Source: Verrucomicrobiota bacterium
Lineage (GTDB): Bacteria; Verrucomicrobiota; Verrucomicrobiia; Verrucomicrobiales; DEV007
NCBI GenBank assembly: GCA_045046875.1
Contig: JASFYY010000018.1
Span: 12,886 to 76,885, forward strand
DNA length: 64,000 nt
Direction of reading: 5' to 3'
Shown one piece after another: positions 9,366 through 21,467 of this stretch (positions are counted from its first letter, which is position 1; the number at the start of each line of letters is the position of its first letter). A model generated the notes under the pieces. That model ran no database searches. It had not been told where the DNA came from and was given only the letters and a program-made list of their open reading frames with translations. Both the position numbers and the translations under genes were made by a program.

Positions 9366-10031
9366 ATGAAAGAAACGCATACTGAAATCGCTTATATCCT
9401 TGATCGCTCCGGCTCGATGGGGAGTCTTACGGAAGCTGCCATCACTTCATTCAACAGTTTTTTGAAGGCGCAGAAAAACGAAGCGGAGGAGGCTACCTTT
9501 ACCCTGGTGCTGTTTGACGATGAGTATCTTCTTCATGCCGATGCGGTTCCGATTCGTGAAGTGGTGGAACTAGACGCGAGCACATACGTTCCCCGCGCAT
9601 CGACCGCTTTGCTGGACGCCATTGGGCGCACGGTTGATAATATTGGCAAACGGCTGGCGGCTATGAAGGAGGATGATCGACCAGGAAAAGTCGTGATCGC
9701 CATCTTCACCGATGGAATGGAAAATTCTTCGACCGATTACTCTGAAAATATCATTTCGAAAATGATAAAGCACCAGCAGGACAAGTATAATTGGGAGTTC
9801 CTGTTTCTGGGAGCCAACCAGGACGCCATTGCCACGGCAGGGAGGATGAATATCCATGCGCATAATTCTTCCAATTTCCTATACAGTGGGTCAGGCCTGA
9901 CATCATCAAGTGTGGCCCTGTCCCGAAAATTGAGTGCTATGCGGCAATCGGGAGCGGGGGTGATGAACGAGGATCTGAAGGTTCCACTGTCGGATATTGT
10001 TTCGGAGGAGGAAGGTAAGGTGGAGGGTTGA
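9366..10031 (+). CDS. Stand-alone von Willebrand factor A (vWA) domain protein
   Basis: MIDAS ILDRSGSM, TALLDAIG, IFTDGMENSS, WEFLFLGAN. Confidence 0.93.
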   Translation: MKETHTEIAYILDRSGSMGSLTEAAITSFNSFLKAQKNEAEEATFTLVLFDDEYLLHADAVPIREVVELDASTYVPRASTALLDAIGRTVDNIGKRLAAMKEDDRPGKVVIAIFTDGMENSSTDYSENIISKMIKHQQDKYNWEFLFLGANQDAIATAGRMNIHAHNSSNFLYSGSGLTSSSVALSRKLSAMRQSGAGVMNEDLKVPLSDIVSEEEGKVEG

Positions 10032-10061
10032 GCAGGATTTTAAATCAAAACGTCGATAAGA

Positions 10062-10418
10062 ATGATGAAAATAAAATGCCATTTGGAAACCTTTCAATCG
10101 GATACCTTGTCATCAAGCAGTGACTGGGCAGTTGCGTCCGATACGAGTTTGCAGGTTCGTCCCAGCACTTTAAGGAATACGGAATCAAGGCCTGAGCGAT
10201 CAAGCTCCAGGGGTTCTGGAAAAAAATTATTTATTGTGGGGGAAGTATATAATTGGGGAAACTTCACAGAGTGGGGCTTCGTTGGTGTGTTCAACGATTT
10301 TGAAAAAGCCGTCGGAGTTTGTTTGAATGAAAATTTTTTCGTCGCTCAAGCTGAGTTGAATGATGATTTCAACGATGTGGTCAGAGGTTGGCCGGGAGGG
10401 TGCTTTTTTCCTAGGTAG
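10062..10418 (+). CDS. Small hypothetical protein; start uncertain
   Basis: Follows vWA by 30 nt; only the C-terminal half (LFIVG...WGFVGVFNDFEKAVGVC...FFPR) looks protein-like. Confidence 0.4.
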   Translation: MMKIKCHLETFQSDTLSSSSDWAVASDTSLQVRPSTLRNTESRPERSSSRGSGKKLFIVGEVYNWGNFTEWGFVGVFNDFEKAVGVCLNENFFVAQAELNDDFNDVVRGWPGGCFFPR

Positions 10419-10883
10419 ATGGGGTAAGATGTGATTTTGGTGAAGCTTTTGGCTCGTAATTGGTAGAGAGTTCAAATTTCATCAAGGGAAACCTGAAAGA
10501 GTGAGAGGCGGGGGATTTCCTCTTGCCGGAATTAGGTAGGGTGAATGCTGAAATTGTTTTCGGATCTGAGCGCGAATTACAAACGAGCGTTGAGAGAAAG
10601 TTTCGGTAAAAGGGTGAATTATGAGCAAGCTCAAAAAAAGGGGAGCAGTGCAGATTTTCATATCTGCAGGGTGGTGGTCCTTGCTTGATCGATACTGAAC
10701 TCTATCCTTGGCGGACGAGTTGGGGGTCTTCTTGTGATCGCTGCCGTAAAACGGAGGGGGAATTGGTAGGTTTTCGAGAGTGACAGCGATTACAACAGCG
10801 GTAGCCGCTTTGCTGTTAAAGAATTAGAAAAAACGGTTATTCGTGATTCGATCTTAAAAGTTGTGAATTATGAATGATAAATG

Positions 10884-10909
10884 AGAACAAATATGGAAAT
10901 TTGTTTTGC
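10884..10909 (-). repeat. Degenerate REP hairpin
   Basis: AGAACAAATATGGAAATTTGTTTTGC resembles 41097-41122; another degenerate copy GCAGTGCAGATTTTCATATCTGCAG at 10645-10669. Confidence 0.55.
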
Positions 10910-11054
10910 AGGGCTGAGCGGATTTTGGGGCGCTTGTGAAATTTTTCACAAATTAACCTTGCGGTTTTTTTTAGGCGGCATATAAGAAGCGATGCCTTGT
11001 GATTTTTGTGGTTGATTCAAGCTTCGCTGGCATGTTTTACTCTTCGTTCATTCG

Positions 11055-11927
11055 ATGCAAATTCATTTGATAGACCAGACCTTTTCACACGCCATTCTCG
11101 CGGCGGGCGGTATTAATGCGCCCCATATCCCCGGGTTGGGCAGTTTGTCGAACTCGATTCTGGTTGCGGTGATCGTGACGACGGTGATTTTGTTGTTCAC
11201 TCGCATGGCAACGCGCAAGATGGCACTGGTGCCGGATGGTAAACAGAACTTTGTCGAGTTTGTGGTCGAGTTTCTTTACGGCCAGGTAGAGGAGATTGTA
11301 GGTGAAAAGGTGGCGCCGAAAGTGTTCCCTTTATTAGCGACTTTGTTTGTTTTTATCCTCAGTGCCAACTGGTTCGGGCTGATCCCCGGGGTGGGAACGA
11401 TTGGTTTTGGCGAGAAGGTGGGCTTTTTGATGATCGATCCGGATGATCACAGCTTTGTCCCTCTGTTGCGTCCAGCGACGGCAGATTTGAACATGACTTT
11501 TGGCATGGCTGCGGTTTTCATGTTCATGTGGGTGTGGATCACAGTGAAGGAGACGGGGGTGATTGGCTTTTTTAAACACGTTTTTGCGCCCAAGGGAGGC
11601 TTGACGGGTTTCATGTGGTGGGCGCTGTTGCCGATCTTCATGTTTGTCGGAGTGATCGAGATCATTTCTATCATGTTTCGCCCGGTTTCACTGTCCTTTC
11701 GTTTGCTGGGTAATGTTTATGCGGGGGAGACGCTGCTGCACTCGATGGGCAATATCGGTGCGTTGATGGGAATGGGGGAGTGGCCTTCGAGAATTCTAGG
11801 CGTATTGGTGCCCTTGCCCTTTTATTTCATGGAAATCCTGGTTGGCCTGATTCAGGCGATCGTATTCACTTTATTATGTGCGGTGTATGTGCAGCTGTCG
11901 ACGGCTCACGATGAGGATGACCATTGA
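11055..11927 (+). CDS. atpB: ATP synthase Fo subunit a
   Basis: QNFVE, NWFGLIPG, PATADLN, RPVSLSFRLLGNVYAGE, IQAIVFTLL. Confidence 0.97.
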   Translation: MQIHLIDQTFSHAILAAGGINAPHIPGLGSLSNSILVAVIVTTVILLFTRMATRKMALVPDGKQNFVEFVVEFLYGQVEEIVGEKVAPKVFPLLATLFVFILSANWFGLIPGVGTIGFGEKVGFLMIDPDDHSFVPLLRPATADLNMTFGMAAVFMFMWVWITVKETGVIGFFKHVFAPKGGLTGFMWWALLPIFMFVGVIEIISIMFRPVSLSFRLLGNVYAGETLLHSMGNIGALMGMGEWPSRILGVLVPLPFYFMEILVGLIQAIVFTLLCAVYVQLSTAHDEDDH

Positions 11928-12016
11928 TTAAAAATTTATAGAATTTTGTTCCTGGGACCATCCGTAGTGAGTGGGCGGGGATAAACACAAAACAACAACT
12001 AAAGAAGGAAAATAAT

Positions 12017-12286
12017 ATGTCTGGATTTGAAATGATATTAGCAGCTGCAGAACCTGCAGCACACGCAGCGGCAGCAGTGACAGGTGGTCTGCAATTCAAC
12101 GGTTTCTTCTCACTGGGCCTCGCTGGTCTGGGAGCAGGTATCGGTGTGGGGCTTGTTGGAATGGCAGCCGCTCAGTCGGTGGGTCGTAACCCAACGGCTT
12201 TTGGTAAAATTCTGACTATCGGGATTATCGGAATGGCGTTGGCGGAAGCTATCGCTATTTACGGTCTCTTGATGGCGATGAAATAA
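12017..12286 (+). CDS. atpE: ATP synthase Fo subunit c
   Basis: GLGAGIGVG glycine motif, RNP loop, ALAEAIAIY. Confidence 0.97.
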   Translation: MSGFEMILAAAEPAAHAAAAVTGGLQFNGFFSLGLAGLGAGIGVGLVGMAAAQSVGRNPTAFGKILTIGIIGMALAEAIAIYGLLMAMK

Positions 12287-12361
12287 TCACCGCTGCAGAA
12301 AAGTTCAGCCTGCAGGGCGCGAGTCCTGCGGGCAGTTCCAGATAACAACACTTTTAATACC

Positions 12362-12862
12362 ATGGGCGAGCTGCTTGATACTTTTGGATTCACTTTGGGA
12401 AAATTTATTTCCCAGGTTATCATTATTTTCATCGTTTATTTGATCCTGAGCAAATTTGCTTTTGGTCCGGTGATGGCGATGTTGGAAGAGCGTCGTCGGC
12501 GTATCGCTGACGGGGAGGCTAATCTGGAAAAAATCCGCGAGCAGATGGAGCAGGCGGAGGCCAATGTGCAGCAGATGCTGGACAAGGCGAATGCTGACGC
12601 AGATCGTTTGATCTCCGAAGCCAAGGAAAGTGCCGAATCAGTGCGTGAACAAAAAACGCAGGACGCGATTTCGGAAGCCGGTCAAATCATCGCCAAGGCG
12701 AATGAGGCGGCGAAGCTCGAACACGAGCAATTGATGACGGAGCTGAAACGTGACTTCGGTCGTTTGGTGATCGATACCACAGGTAAGGTCACCGGCAAGG
12801 TTTTGGACGACAAGGATCAGGAGCGTATCAACCAGGAAACGGCTGGTCAGGTGGCTTTGTAA
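12362..12862 (+). CDS. atpF: ATP synthase Fo subunit b
   Basis: N-terminal TM helix, FGPVMAMLEERRRRI, coiled coil; operon position. Confidence 0.95.
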   Translation: MGELLDTFGFTLGKFISQVIIIFIVYLILSKFAFGPVMAMLEERRRRIADGEANLEKIREQMEQAEANVQQMLDKANADADRLISEAKESAESVREQKTQDAISEAGQIIAKANEAAKLEHEQLMTELKRDFGRLVIDTTGKVTGKVLDDKDQERINQETAGQVAL

Positions 12863-12881
12863 GAGTCTAATTTTTTTTGAG

Positions 12882-13277
12882 ATGAAAGGTAGCAAAGACG
12901 CCCAGCGCATCGCCCGCCAACTGCTGAAAGCCACCGTGAGTAGCGGTCAGGTGGACGGCAGCACGGTGAAGACGGTGCTGAGAAAACTGGCAACAGATAA
13001 ACCGCGAGGTTATCTGGGGGTGATCAATGCTTACGCCCACTTGGTGCGACTTGAGTTGGAAAAAAGCCATGCGGTGATCGAAAGTGCGAGTCCGTTGGGG
13101 GCTGCTTTGGAGGTCAGTGTGGTGGCAGATTTGAAGGGTAAATATGGTGAGCAGATCACCTCGGAATTTAAGCATAATCCCGAATTGCTGGGCGGCATGA
13201 GAGTGCGAGTCGGTAGTGATGTGTGGGATGGCAGTGTGCGCAATCGCTTGGAGCGTTTGCGTGAGAAGATTGGCTGA
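12882..13277 (+). CDS. atpH: ATP synthase F1 subunit delta (short form)
   Basis: SASPL, NPELLGGMRVRVGSDVWDGSV; lies between atpF and atpA. Confidence 0.93.
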   Translation: MKGSKDAQRIARQLLKATVSSGQVDGSTVKTVLRKLATDKPRGYLGVINAYAHLVRLELEKSHAVIESASPLGAALEVSVVADLKGKYGEQITSEFKHNPELLGGMRVRVGSDVWDGSVRNRLERLREKIG

Positions 13278-13341
13278 GGGTCAGTGGAATAGAGCGGTAT
13301 AGGTTTTAAGAAGATTTTAATTTTATTTTAATAAACGAGTC

Positions 13342-14889
<1,548 letters not shown>

Positions 14890-14967
14890 GCGTCTGAGGA
14901 TGCGATTTTGCGGAGACCCTTTTACTCAAACGAACTGACCATAAAGACCAACCTTATTTAATTTTCG

Positions 14968-15861
14968 ATGGCTAACACCCAGGACATTCGCCGACGTATC
15001 AAGTCGGTTAGCAACACCGCACAGATCACCAATGCGATGCAATTGGTGGCGGCTTCGAAGATGAAAAAGGCGCAAGATTTCGCCACGTCGGGACGCCCTT
15101 ATGCGGATTTGCTGAACGGTGTGCTGGTCAATCTGAAAGCCAATACAGATGAGGAGGCTCATCCACTGTTGGAAGAGCGCGAAGGTGGCAAGACTTTGGT
15201 GGTGGTGATCACGACTGATAAAGGTTTGTGTGGTGGTCTGAATACGAACTTGCTGAGAAAGGTCACTGATGTGGGTGATGACGAAACCGCTTATGTGACG
15301 GTGGGGCGGAAAGGTCGTCAGGCGTTGGCTCGCTTGAAGAAAAATTTGGTGGCGGATTTTGAAATGTCTGACCCAGCCGATTTCGCTGAAGCGAAGCTGG
15401 TGGCAAAATATGTGATGGATCAATTTCTCGCTGGGGAATACGATCAGGTGAAGGTGGCGTTCACTAATTTCATCAGCACGCTGAGTCAGGAGCCGACGAT
15501 TGAAACGCTGTTACCGATTCGCCCGATTGATCTGGGACGTGATAAGGATTTTGTTGGAATGGGCGGTGAGAGCGAGCCGATAGAGGTGGGTGAAGTGGTC
15601 GAGGGTGATTATATTTTTGAACCAAGTGCGGTGCAGGTGTTGGGCTCAGTGGTGCCTCAGTATGTGAACTACCAGGTATTCCAGATGATGCAGGAATCGA
15701 GAGCATCGGAGCACAGTGCTCGGATGGTGGCGATGAAGAGCGCGACGGATAACGCGAACGAAATGATTAAGGATCTGAAGTTGGAATACAACAAGATTCG
15801 ACAGGCGGCGATCACGACCGAGCTGCTGGATATCACGACAGCTATGAAGTCGCTGGATTAA
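14968..15861 (+). CDS. atpG: ATP synthase F1 subunit gamma
   Basis: RIKSVSNTAQITNAMQLVAASK, DKGLCGGLN, RQAAITTEL. Confidence 0.98.
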   Translation: MANTQDIRRRIKSVSNTAQITNAMQLVAASKMKKAQDFATSGRPYADLLNGVLVNLKANTDEEAHPLLEEREGGKTLVVVITTDKGLCGGLNTNLLRKVTDVGDDETAYVTVGRKGRQALARLKKNLVADFEMSDPADFAEAKLVAKYVMDQFLAGEYDQVKVAFTNFISTLSQEPTIETLLPIRPIDLGRDKDFVGMGGESEPIEVGEVVEGDYIFEPSAVQVLGSVVPQYVNYQVFQMMQESRASEHSARMVAMKSATDNANEMIKDLKLEYNKIRQAAITTELLDITTAMKSLD

Positions 15862-15909
15862 GGGGAAAAGTAGTATTTTAGTTAAAATTTAGGATTAGAA
15901 TTAAGTTAG

Positions 15910-17337
<1,428 letters not shown>

Positions 17338-17395
17338 TCTAGTTTCACTGTGTGAACAGGGTTTTTGAGTTAAGAAGCTTTTAATAATAACGACC

Positions 17396-17806
17396 ATGGC
17401 TTTCCGTCTTGATATTGTAACTCCGGATAAACGAACTTTTTCTGATGACGTTGACGGGGTGGTGATTCCGGGAAGCGAAGGGGAGCTCGGTGTGTTGGAA
17501 GGTCACGCGCCGCTGGTGACGACTTTGTTGCCTGGTGAGCTACGCTACACCAAAGACGGCCAAGAGGAAAGCCTTGCTGTAGGTGAAGGGGTGGTTGAAA
17601 TCACTCGTGAGAGTGTTGCGGTATTGACAGACCTCGCGGTATCTTCTGATGAAATTGATGAAGCTGCTGTCGAAGAAGCTCTCAAACGGGCTGAGGCGGC
17701 TCTCTCGGAGAAGGTATCCGACGAAGAGATCGCCACGGTGGAGGCTTCGATCCAGAAGTCGCTGGCTCAGTTGACCTTAAAACGCAAGCGCCGTAAGCAG
17801 ATTTAG
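17396..17806 (+). CDS. atpC: ATP synthase F1 subunit epsilon
   Basis: IVTPD, GELGVLEGHAP; last gene of the operon. Confidence 0.96.
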   Translation: MAFRLDIVTPDKRTFSDDVDGVVIPGSEGELGVLEGHAPLVTTLLPGELRYTKDGQEESLAVGEGVVEITRESVAVLTDLAVSSDEIDEAAVEEALKRAEAALSEKVSDEEIATVEASIQKSLAQLTLKRKRRKQI

Positions 17807-17854
17807 CAGGGAAGGCTGTTGTTAGGCCGCTAAGCGTTCCGATCGTGGAAAGGG

Positions 17855-17888
17855 TCAGACCTCATGCCTGTTCAGACCTCATGCCTGT
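17855..17888. repeat. Perfect 17-bp tandem duplication
   Basis: TCAGACCTCATGCCTGT occurs twice in a row. Confidence 0.9.
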
Positions 17889-17928
17889 TTCAACTTGTGT
17901 AGGTGAGTTGAGGTAGAGGGGTGGGGGG

Positions 17929-19908
17929 CTACACGAGTTCTGCCATCGTTTTGAGCAGGGCCTGGCTGACTTCTTCGACGCTGGCTTCGGTCATGCAGCG
18001 GAAGTCGAGTGGGCATTCGCGGAGGAAACAGGGGCTGCAGTCGACGTGGCGGCGGATGATGCGGTGGCCGTGGCCGAGTGGGCTGGTGAGAGCCGGTTCG
18101 GTGGAGCCGAAGATGGATACGGTAGGGATGCCGAGAAAAGCGGCGAGGTGCATGGTGCCGGTATCGTTGGTGAGCAGTAGGTCGCATTGCTTGAGCTCGT
18201 CGATCATCTCGCTGATGGTGGTTTTGCCAACCAGGTTGCGACATCCAGGAGGGGAGTAAAGTTGCTCGAAATGTTCACCAATTCCTTTTTCTGCTGGGGA
18301 GCCGATTACGATGCAGCTGCTTTGGTGTTTTTTATAAGCCTGTTCGGCGGTTTGGGCAAAACGTTCGATGGGCCAGCGTTTGGCATTGCCGTATTCGGCG
18401 CCTGGGCAGATGCCGAGCTTGAGTGGTGGATTATCGGGGCAGGAGGCTTTTTTTGCTAGTGGTGGGAAATCAAATAGGCTGGAGTCGTCAGTATGGGCAC
18501 CCATTTGACGGATCACTTCGAGATAGGTGTGGGCGTGATGAGGAGGCGGAGTGGTGATTTTTTTAGGGGCTTTGGGGATCTGGTGGAGTAGCCAGCTACG
18601 GAAGTGGCCACGATTGCCGACGATGCGTGGGATGCCGACGAGGAAGTATTCGATCGCAGAGCGGGCGGAGTTGGGGAATAACAAGGCGGCTTCAAAATAC
18701 AGCGATTGCCGGCGGACGGTGCGTGCAACTTGTAAGGGATTGGCGGAGCGAGGGGTGGTCAGCACATGATCGACTTCGCTGACTTGCTGCCAGAAAGGCA
18801 GTAGGTTTTCGCGGCAGTGAATGGTGAGCTCCATATCGGGGCGGCCTTTTTTCAAAGCGCGGATGGCGGGTACTGCCATGCAGGCGTCGCCGAGCGGGTT
18901 GGGTGAGCGAACGATGACGCGGTAGGGTTTGAGTTTGCTAGGATCACCGGCCCAGATGCCACGTCGGTAGTCGGATAGCAGGAAGCGGGGGTTGGGGGTT
19001 TTCCAGCGGTCGTGAACCCAGAACCATTCTGCGGGCGAGTTACGGATGAAGTTTTCCAGCGCCAGATTGAGTTGGGCGGTGATGTCGTTGATTTTCTGGT
19101 GAGGCTTGGTGGCGGTGGATGGGGCGGTCACCGGGGGGGAGTAGGTGACGGTCCAATGTCCGGGACGATCAGCGCGCACGCCGACGGGGATGATGGCGGC
19201 GCCGGTGCGCTGGGCGAGTAGAGCGGGCAGATTGGTGGTCGAAGCGAGGCGCCCGAATAGTGGGCACCAGACTCCGCGATCTCCTGCGTGTTGATCGATC
19301 AGGATGCCGACTCCGCCGCCTTCGCGCAGGTGTTTGAGTGGGCCGTAAAATCCACTGGAGCGGTCGAAGAGTGTGAGTCCGGATTTGCGTCGTCGTCGCA
19401 CGACAAGTTCATTTAAGTAGGGGTTGGACAGGCGTTGATAAAGGGTGGAACGGGGGATGTCGGGGCCGAGAGAGGGGATTTGGGAGAGGATTTCCCAGTT
19501 GCTGAGGTGAGCGATGGTGGTGATCACGCCTTTGCCGTCTTGGGCGGCTTTTAGGATATGTTCGCGGCCTTCGTAAGAGACACATTGCTCGACGGCGGTG
19601 GTGGGCATCAGGGCGATTTTGATACTGCAGAAAAAACTTCGTCCCAGCGCGCGAAAATGCTGGCGGGTTAGTTGGCGAATTTGGCTGGTGTTTTTTTCAC
19701 CGTCAAAAGCGATGCTGAGGTTACGCCATGCCAGACGTCGGTAGGAGCCGCCGAAAAAATAAGCGATTGAGCCGACCAGGCTGCCGATGCGCCAACACCA
19801 TGCCAGTGGCAGGAGGCCAATGAAGACTTCGAGGCAGCGGTAGGTGGCGTAAGTTGCCAATTGTCCGCAGTTGACAAGAAGTCCGGGTGATCGTTGGGCG
19901 TTTCCCAT
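17929..19908 (-). CDS. Fused lipid A late acyltransferase (LpxL/HtrB family) + LPS heptosyltransferase II (WaaF/GT9)
   Basis: N half AHLSNWE, LIDQ, EWFWVHDRWK; C half SPNPLGDACMAVP, CPGAEYGNAKRWP, TNDTGTMHLAA. Confidence 0.9.
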   Translation of the reverse strand: MGNAQRSPGLLVNCGQLATYATYRCLEVFIGLLPLAWCWRIGSLVGSIAYFFGGSYRRLAWRNLSIAFDGEKNTSQIRQLTRQHFRALGRSFFCSIKIALMPTTAVEQCVSYEGREHILKAAQDGKGVITTIAHLSNWEILSQIPSLGPDIPRSTLYQRLSNPYLNELVVRRRRKSGLTLFDRSSGFYGPLKHLREGGGVGILIDQHAGDRGVWCPLFGRLASTTNLPALLAQRTGAAIIPVGVRADRPGHWTVTYSPPVTAPSTATKPHQKINDITAQLNLALENFIRNSPAEWFWVHDRWKTPNPRFLLSDYRRGIWAGDPSKLKPYRVIVRSPNPLGDACMAVPAIRALKKGRPDMELTIHCRENLLPFWQQVSEVDHVLTTPRSANPLQVARTVRRQSLYFEAALLFPNSARSAIEYFLVGIPRIVGNRGHFRSWLLHQIPKAPKKITTPPPHHAHTYLEVIRQMGAHTDDSSLFDFPPLAKKASCPDNPPLKLGICPGAEYGNAKRWPIERFAQTAEQAYKKHQSSCIVIGSPAEKGIGEHFEQLYSPPGCRNLVGKTTISEMIDELKQCDLLLTNDTGTMHLAAFLGIPTVSIFGSTEPALTSPLGHGHRIIRRHVDCSPCFLRECPLDFRCMTEASVEEVSQALLKTMAELV

Positions 19909-19997
19909 GGAGTATGGAGAAAAACGCTTAATATAATCGCATCAAAGGGGTCGATGCAAGTCGTCTGGCTCTTAACCGAACCAGACAAGAGCCGGCG

Positions 19998-20522
19998 TTA
20001 TTTGGCCTTGTCGCTGGCAGCGGGTTTGCTGTCCGCTTTTTTGTCGTCTGCTTTTGCGTCTTTTGCAGGAGCAGGCTTGGAAGCGTCACTTTTAGCGGCT
20101 GCTTTTTTTGGAGAATCTTTTTTAGCTGCGGGAGCCGTTTTTTTATCGCTGGCTTTTTTGCTGTCGGTAGCCGGGGTGTTTGTAGCGGCAGCCGCTGGAG
20201 TAGCTTCTGGAGCTGGAAAACCAGGAATAGGCTCTGCTTTTTGAACATTTTCGAGAATATTGCCAACGTCGCGTTGGTTTTTGTAGTGGCGAGTATTGAG
20301 CACTGTTAGTAAAATGGCGACTCCAAAAAATGCAACGGTGAGCCAGACGGTGCTTTTTTGCAGCACATCGGTGGTTTGCGCACCGAAAGTATCGTTCATC
20401 ATGCCGCCACCAAAAGCAGCGCCAAGTCCTTCTTGTTTAGGACGTTGCATGAGAGTGACGAGGATGAGCAAAAGGCTCACCATCACCAGGAAAACGGTCA
20501 ATAATGTGATGACTATGGACAT
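19998..20522 (-). CDS. secG: Preprotein translocase subunit SecG with long Ala/Lys/Asp-rich tail
   Basis: LILVTLMQRPKQEGLGAAFGGG...FG...LQKST, two TM helices; start reassigned to ATG 20522. Confidence 0.92.
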   Translation of the reverse strand: MSIVITLLTVFLVMVSLLLILVTLMQRPKQEGLGAAFGGGMMNDTFGAQTTDVLQKSTVWLTVAFFGVAILLTVLNTRHYKNQRDVGNILENVQKAEPIPGFPAPEATPAAAATNTPATDSKKASDKKTAPAAKKDSPKKAAAKSDASKPAPAKDAKADDKKADSKPAASDKAK

Positions 20523-20638
20523 AGGGCGCGCAATATGGAGTAGGGAAGGCCTTTTGTAAAGAGCGAATCGACGGGTGGAAAACAGGCTTGTGTGAGGGGC
20601 TGAATGGCATGGAGTTGAGGAAAACCTGAGAGAAGATA

Positions 20639-21430
20639 TCACCAAGCGGTCCAACCGCCGTCGATCAGCATATTCTGTCCGGTCATGTAGGAGCTGGCCT
20701 GGGAGGCGAGGAAAACGATGGCCCCTTTGAGCTCGTCGGGTTTCCCCATGCGGCCCATTGGACATTTTTCCTCCAGGCGGCTGACCAGTTCGGCGGACAC
20801 GGCTTCGCCAGGGAAGGGGCCGGGGCTGAGGCAGTTGACCCGCACCTGGTCTTTGGCCCAGCAAACCGCAAGATGGCGGGTCATGTGGATGATGCCCCCT
20901 TTCAGCGCGTGGTAGCCGACTGGGCTGATGGCGCAGATGTCTTTGTAAGTATCGGGATAGGAGCCGACGACGCCATACATGGAGCCGATCATGATTACGG
21001 AGGCGGACTCGTTTCGTTCGACGCAGTGGTCGCGCAGCAGGCGGGCGAGCAGGAAGTAGCCGGTTTGATTGGCCAGTTGACGATTGAATTCTTCGGCGCT
21101 GACATCTTTCCAGTCCTTGCCGAGGGCTTCGTTGCCGTTGTTGATTAGAATATCGAGCCCGTTGGTTTTTTCAAGGGCTTCGGAGAATCCTCGATTGATG
21201 AAATCTTCGTCCATGTGGTCGAGGGCGATGCCGACATGCTCGGCACCGCTCACAGGGGGTAGGGCGGTGGCTATGGCTTCGGCGCGTCCGGCATCGCGGC
21301 TTGTGACGACGAGTCGGCAACCGGCTTCGGCGAGGGCGTCGGCCATGGCTGAACCGAGGTAGCCGCTGGCTCCGGTGATGAGTGCGGTTTTTCCGGTGAG
21401 ATCAAAGAGGGTGGGTAGCGATACTGACAT
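20639..21430 (-). CDS. SDR family oxidoreductase (gluconate 5-dehydrogenase-like)
   Basis: TGASGYLG, YHALK (YxxxK), VRVNCLSPG, IDGGWTAW. Confidence 0.9.
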   Translation of the reverse strand: MSVSLPTLFDLTGKTALITGASGYLGSAMADALAEAGCRLVVTSRDAGRAEAIATALPPVSGAEHVGIALDHMDEDFINRGFSEALEKTNGLDILINNGNEALGKDWKDVSAEEFNRQLANQTGYFLLARLLRDHCVERNESASVIMIGSMYGVVGSYPDTYKDICAISPVGYHALKGGIIHMTRHLAVCWAKDQVRVNCLSPGPFPGEAVSAELVSRLEEKCPMGRMGKPDELKGAIVFLASQASSYMTGQNMLIDGGWTAW

Positions 21431-21467
21431 GGTAGGCAAGGTTGGAGAGTGATGAATAGAGGGGGTG

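Noticed and set aside
6865..10031. Calling AAA + vWA a MoxR/RavA-ViaA system
   Set aside because: The AAA has classical-clade motifs rather than MoxR ones and is separated from vWA by an oppositely oriented gene
20523..20864. N-terminal extension of the secG ORF
   Set aside because: Overlaps the SDR gene; SecG similarity starts at ATG 20522
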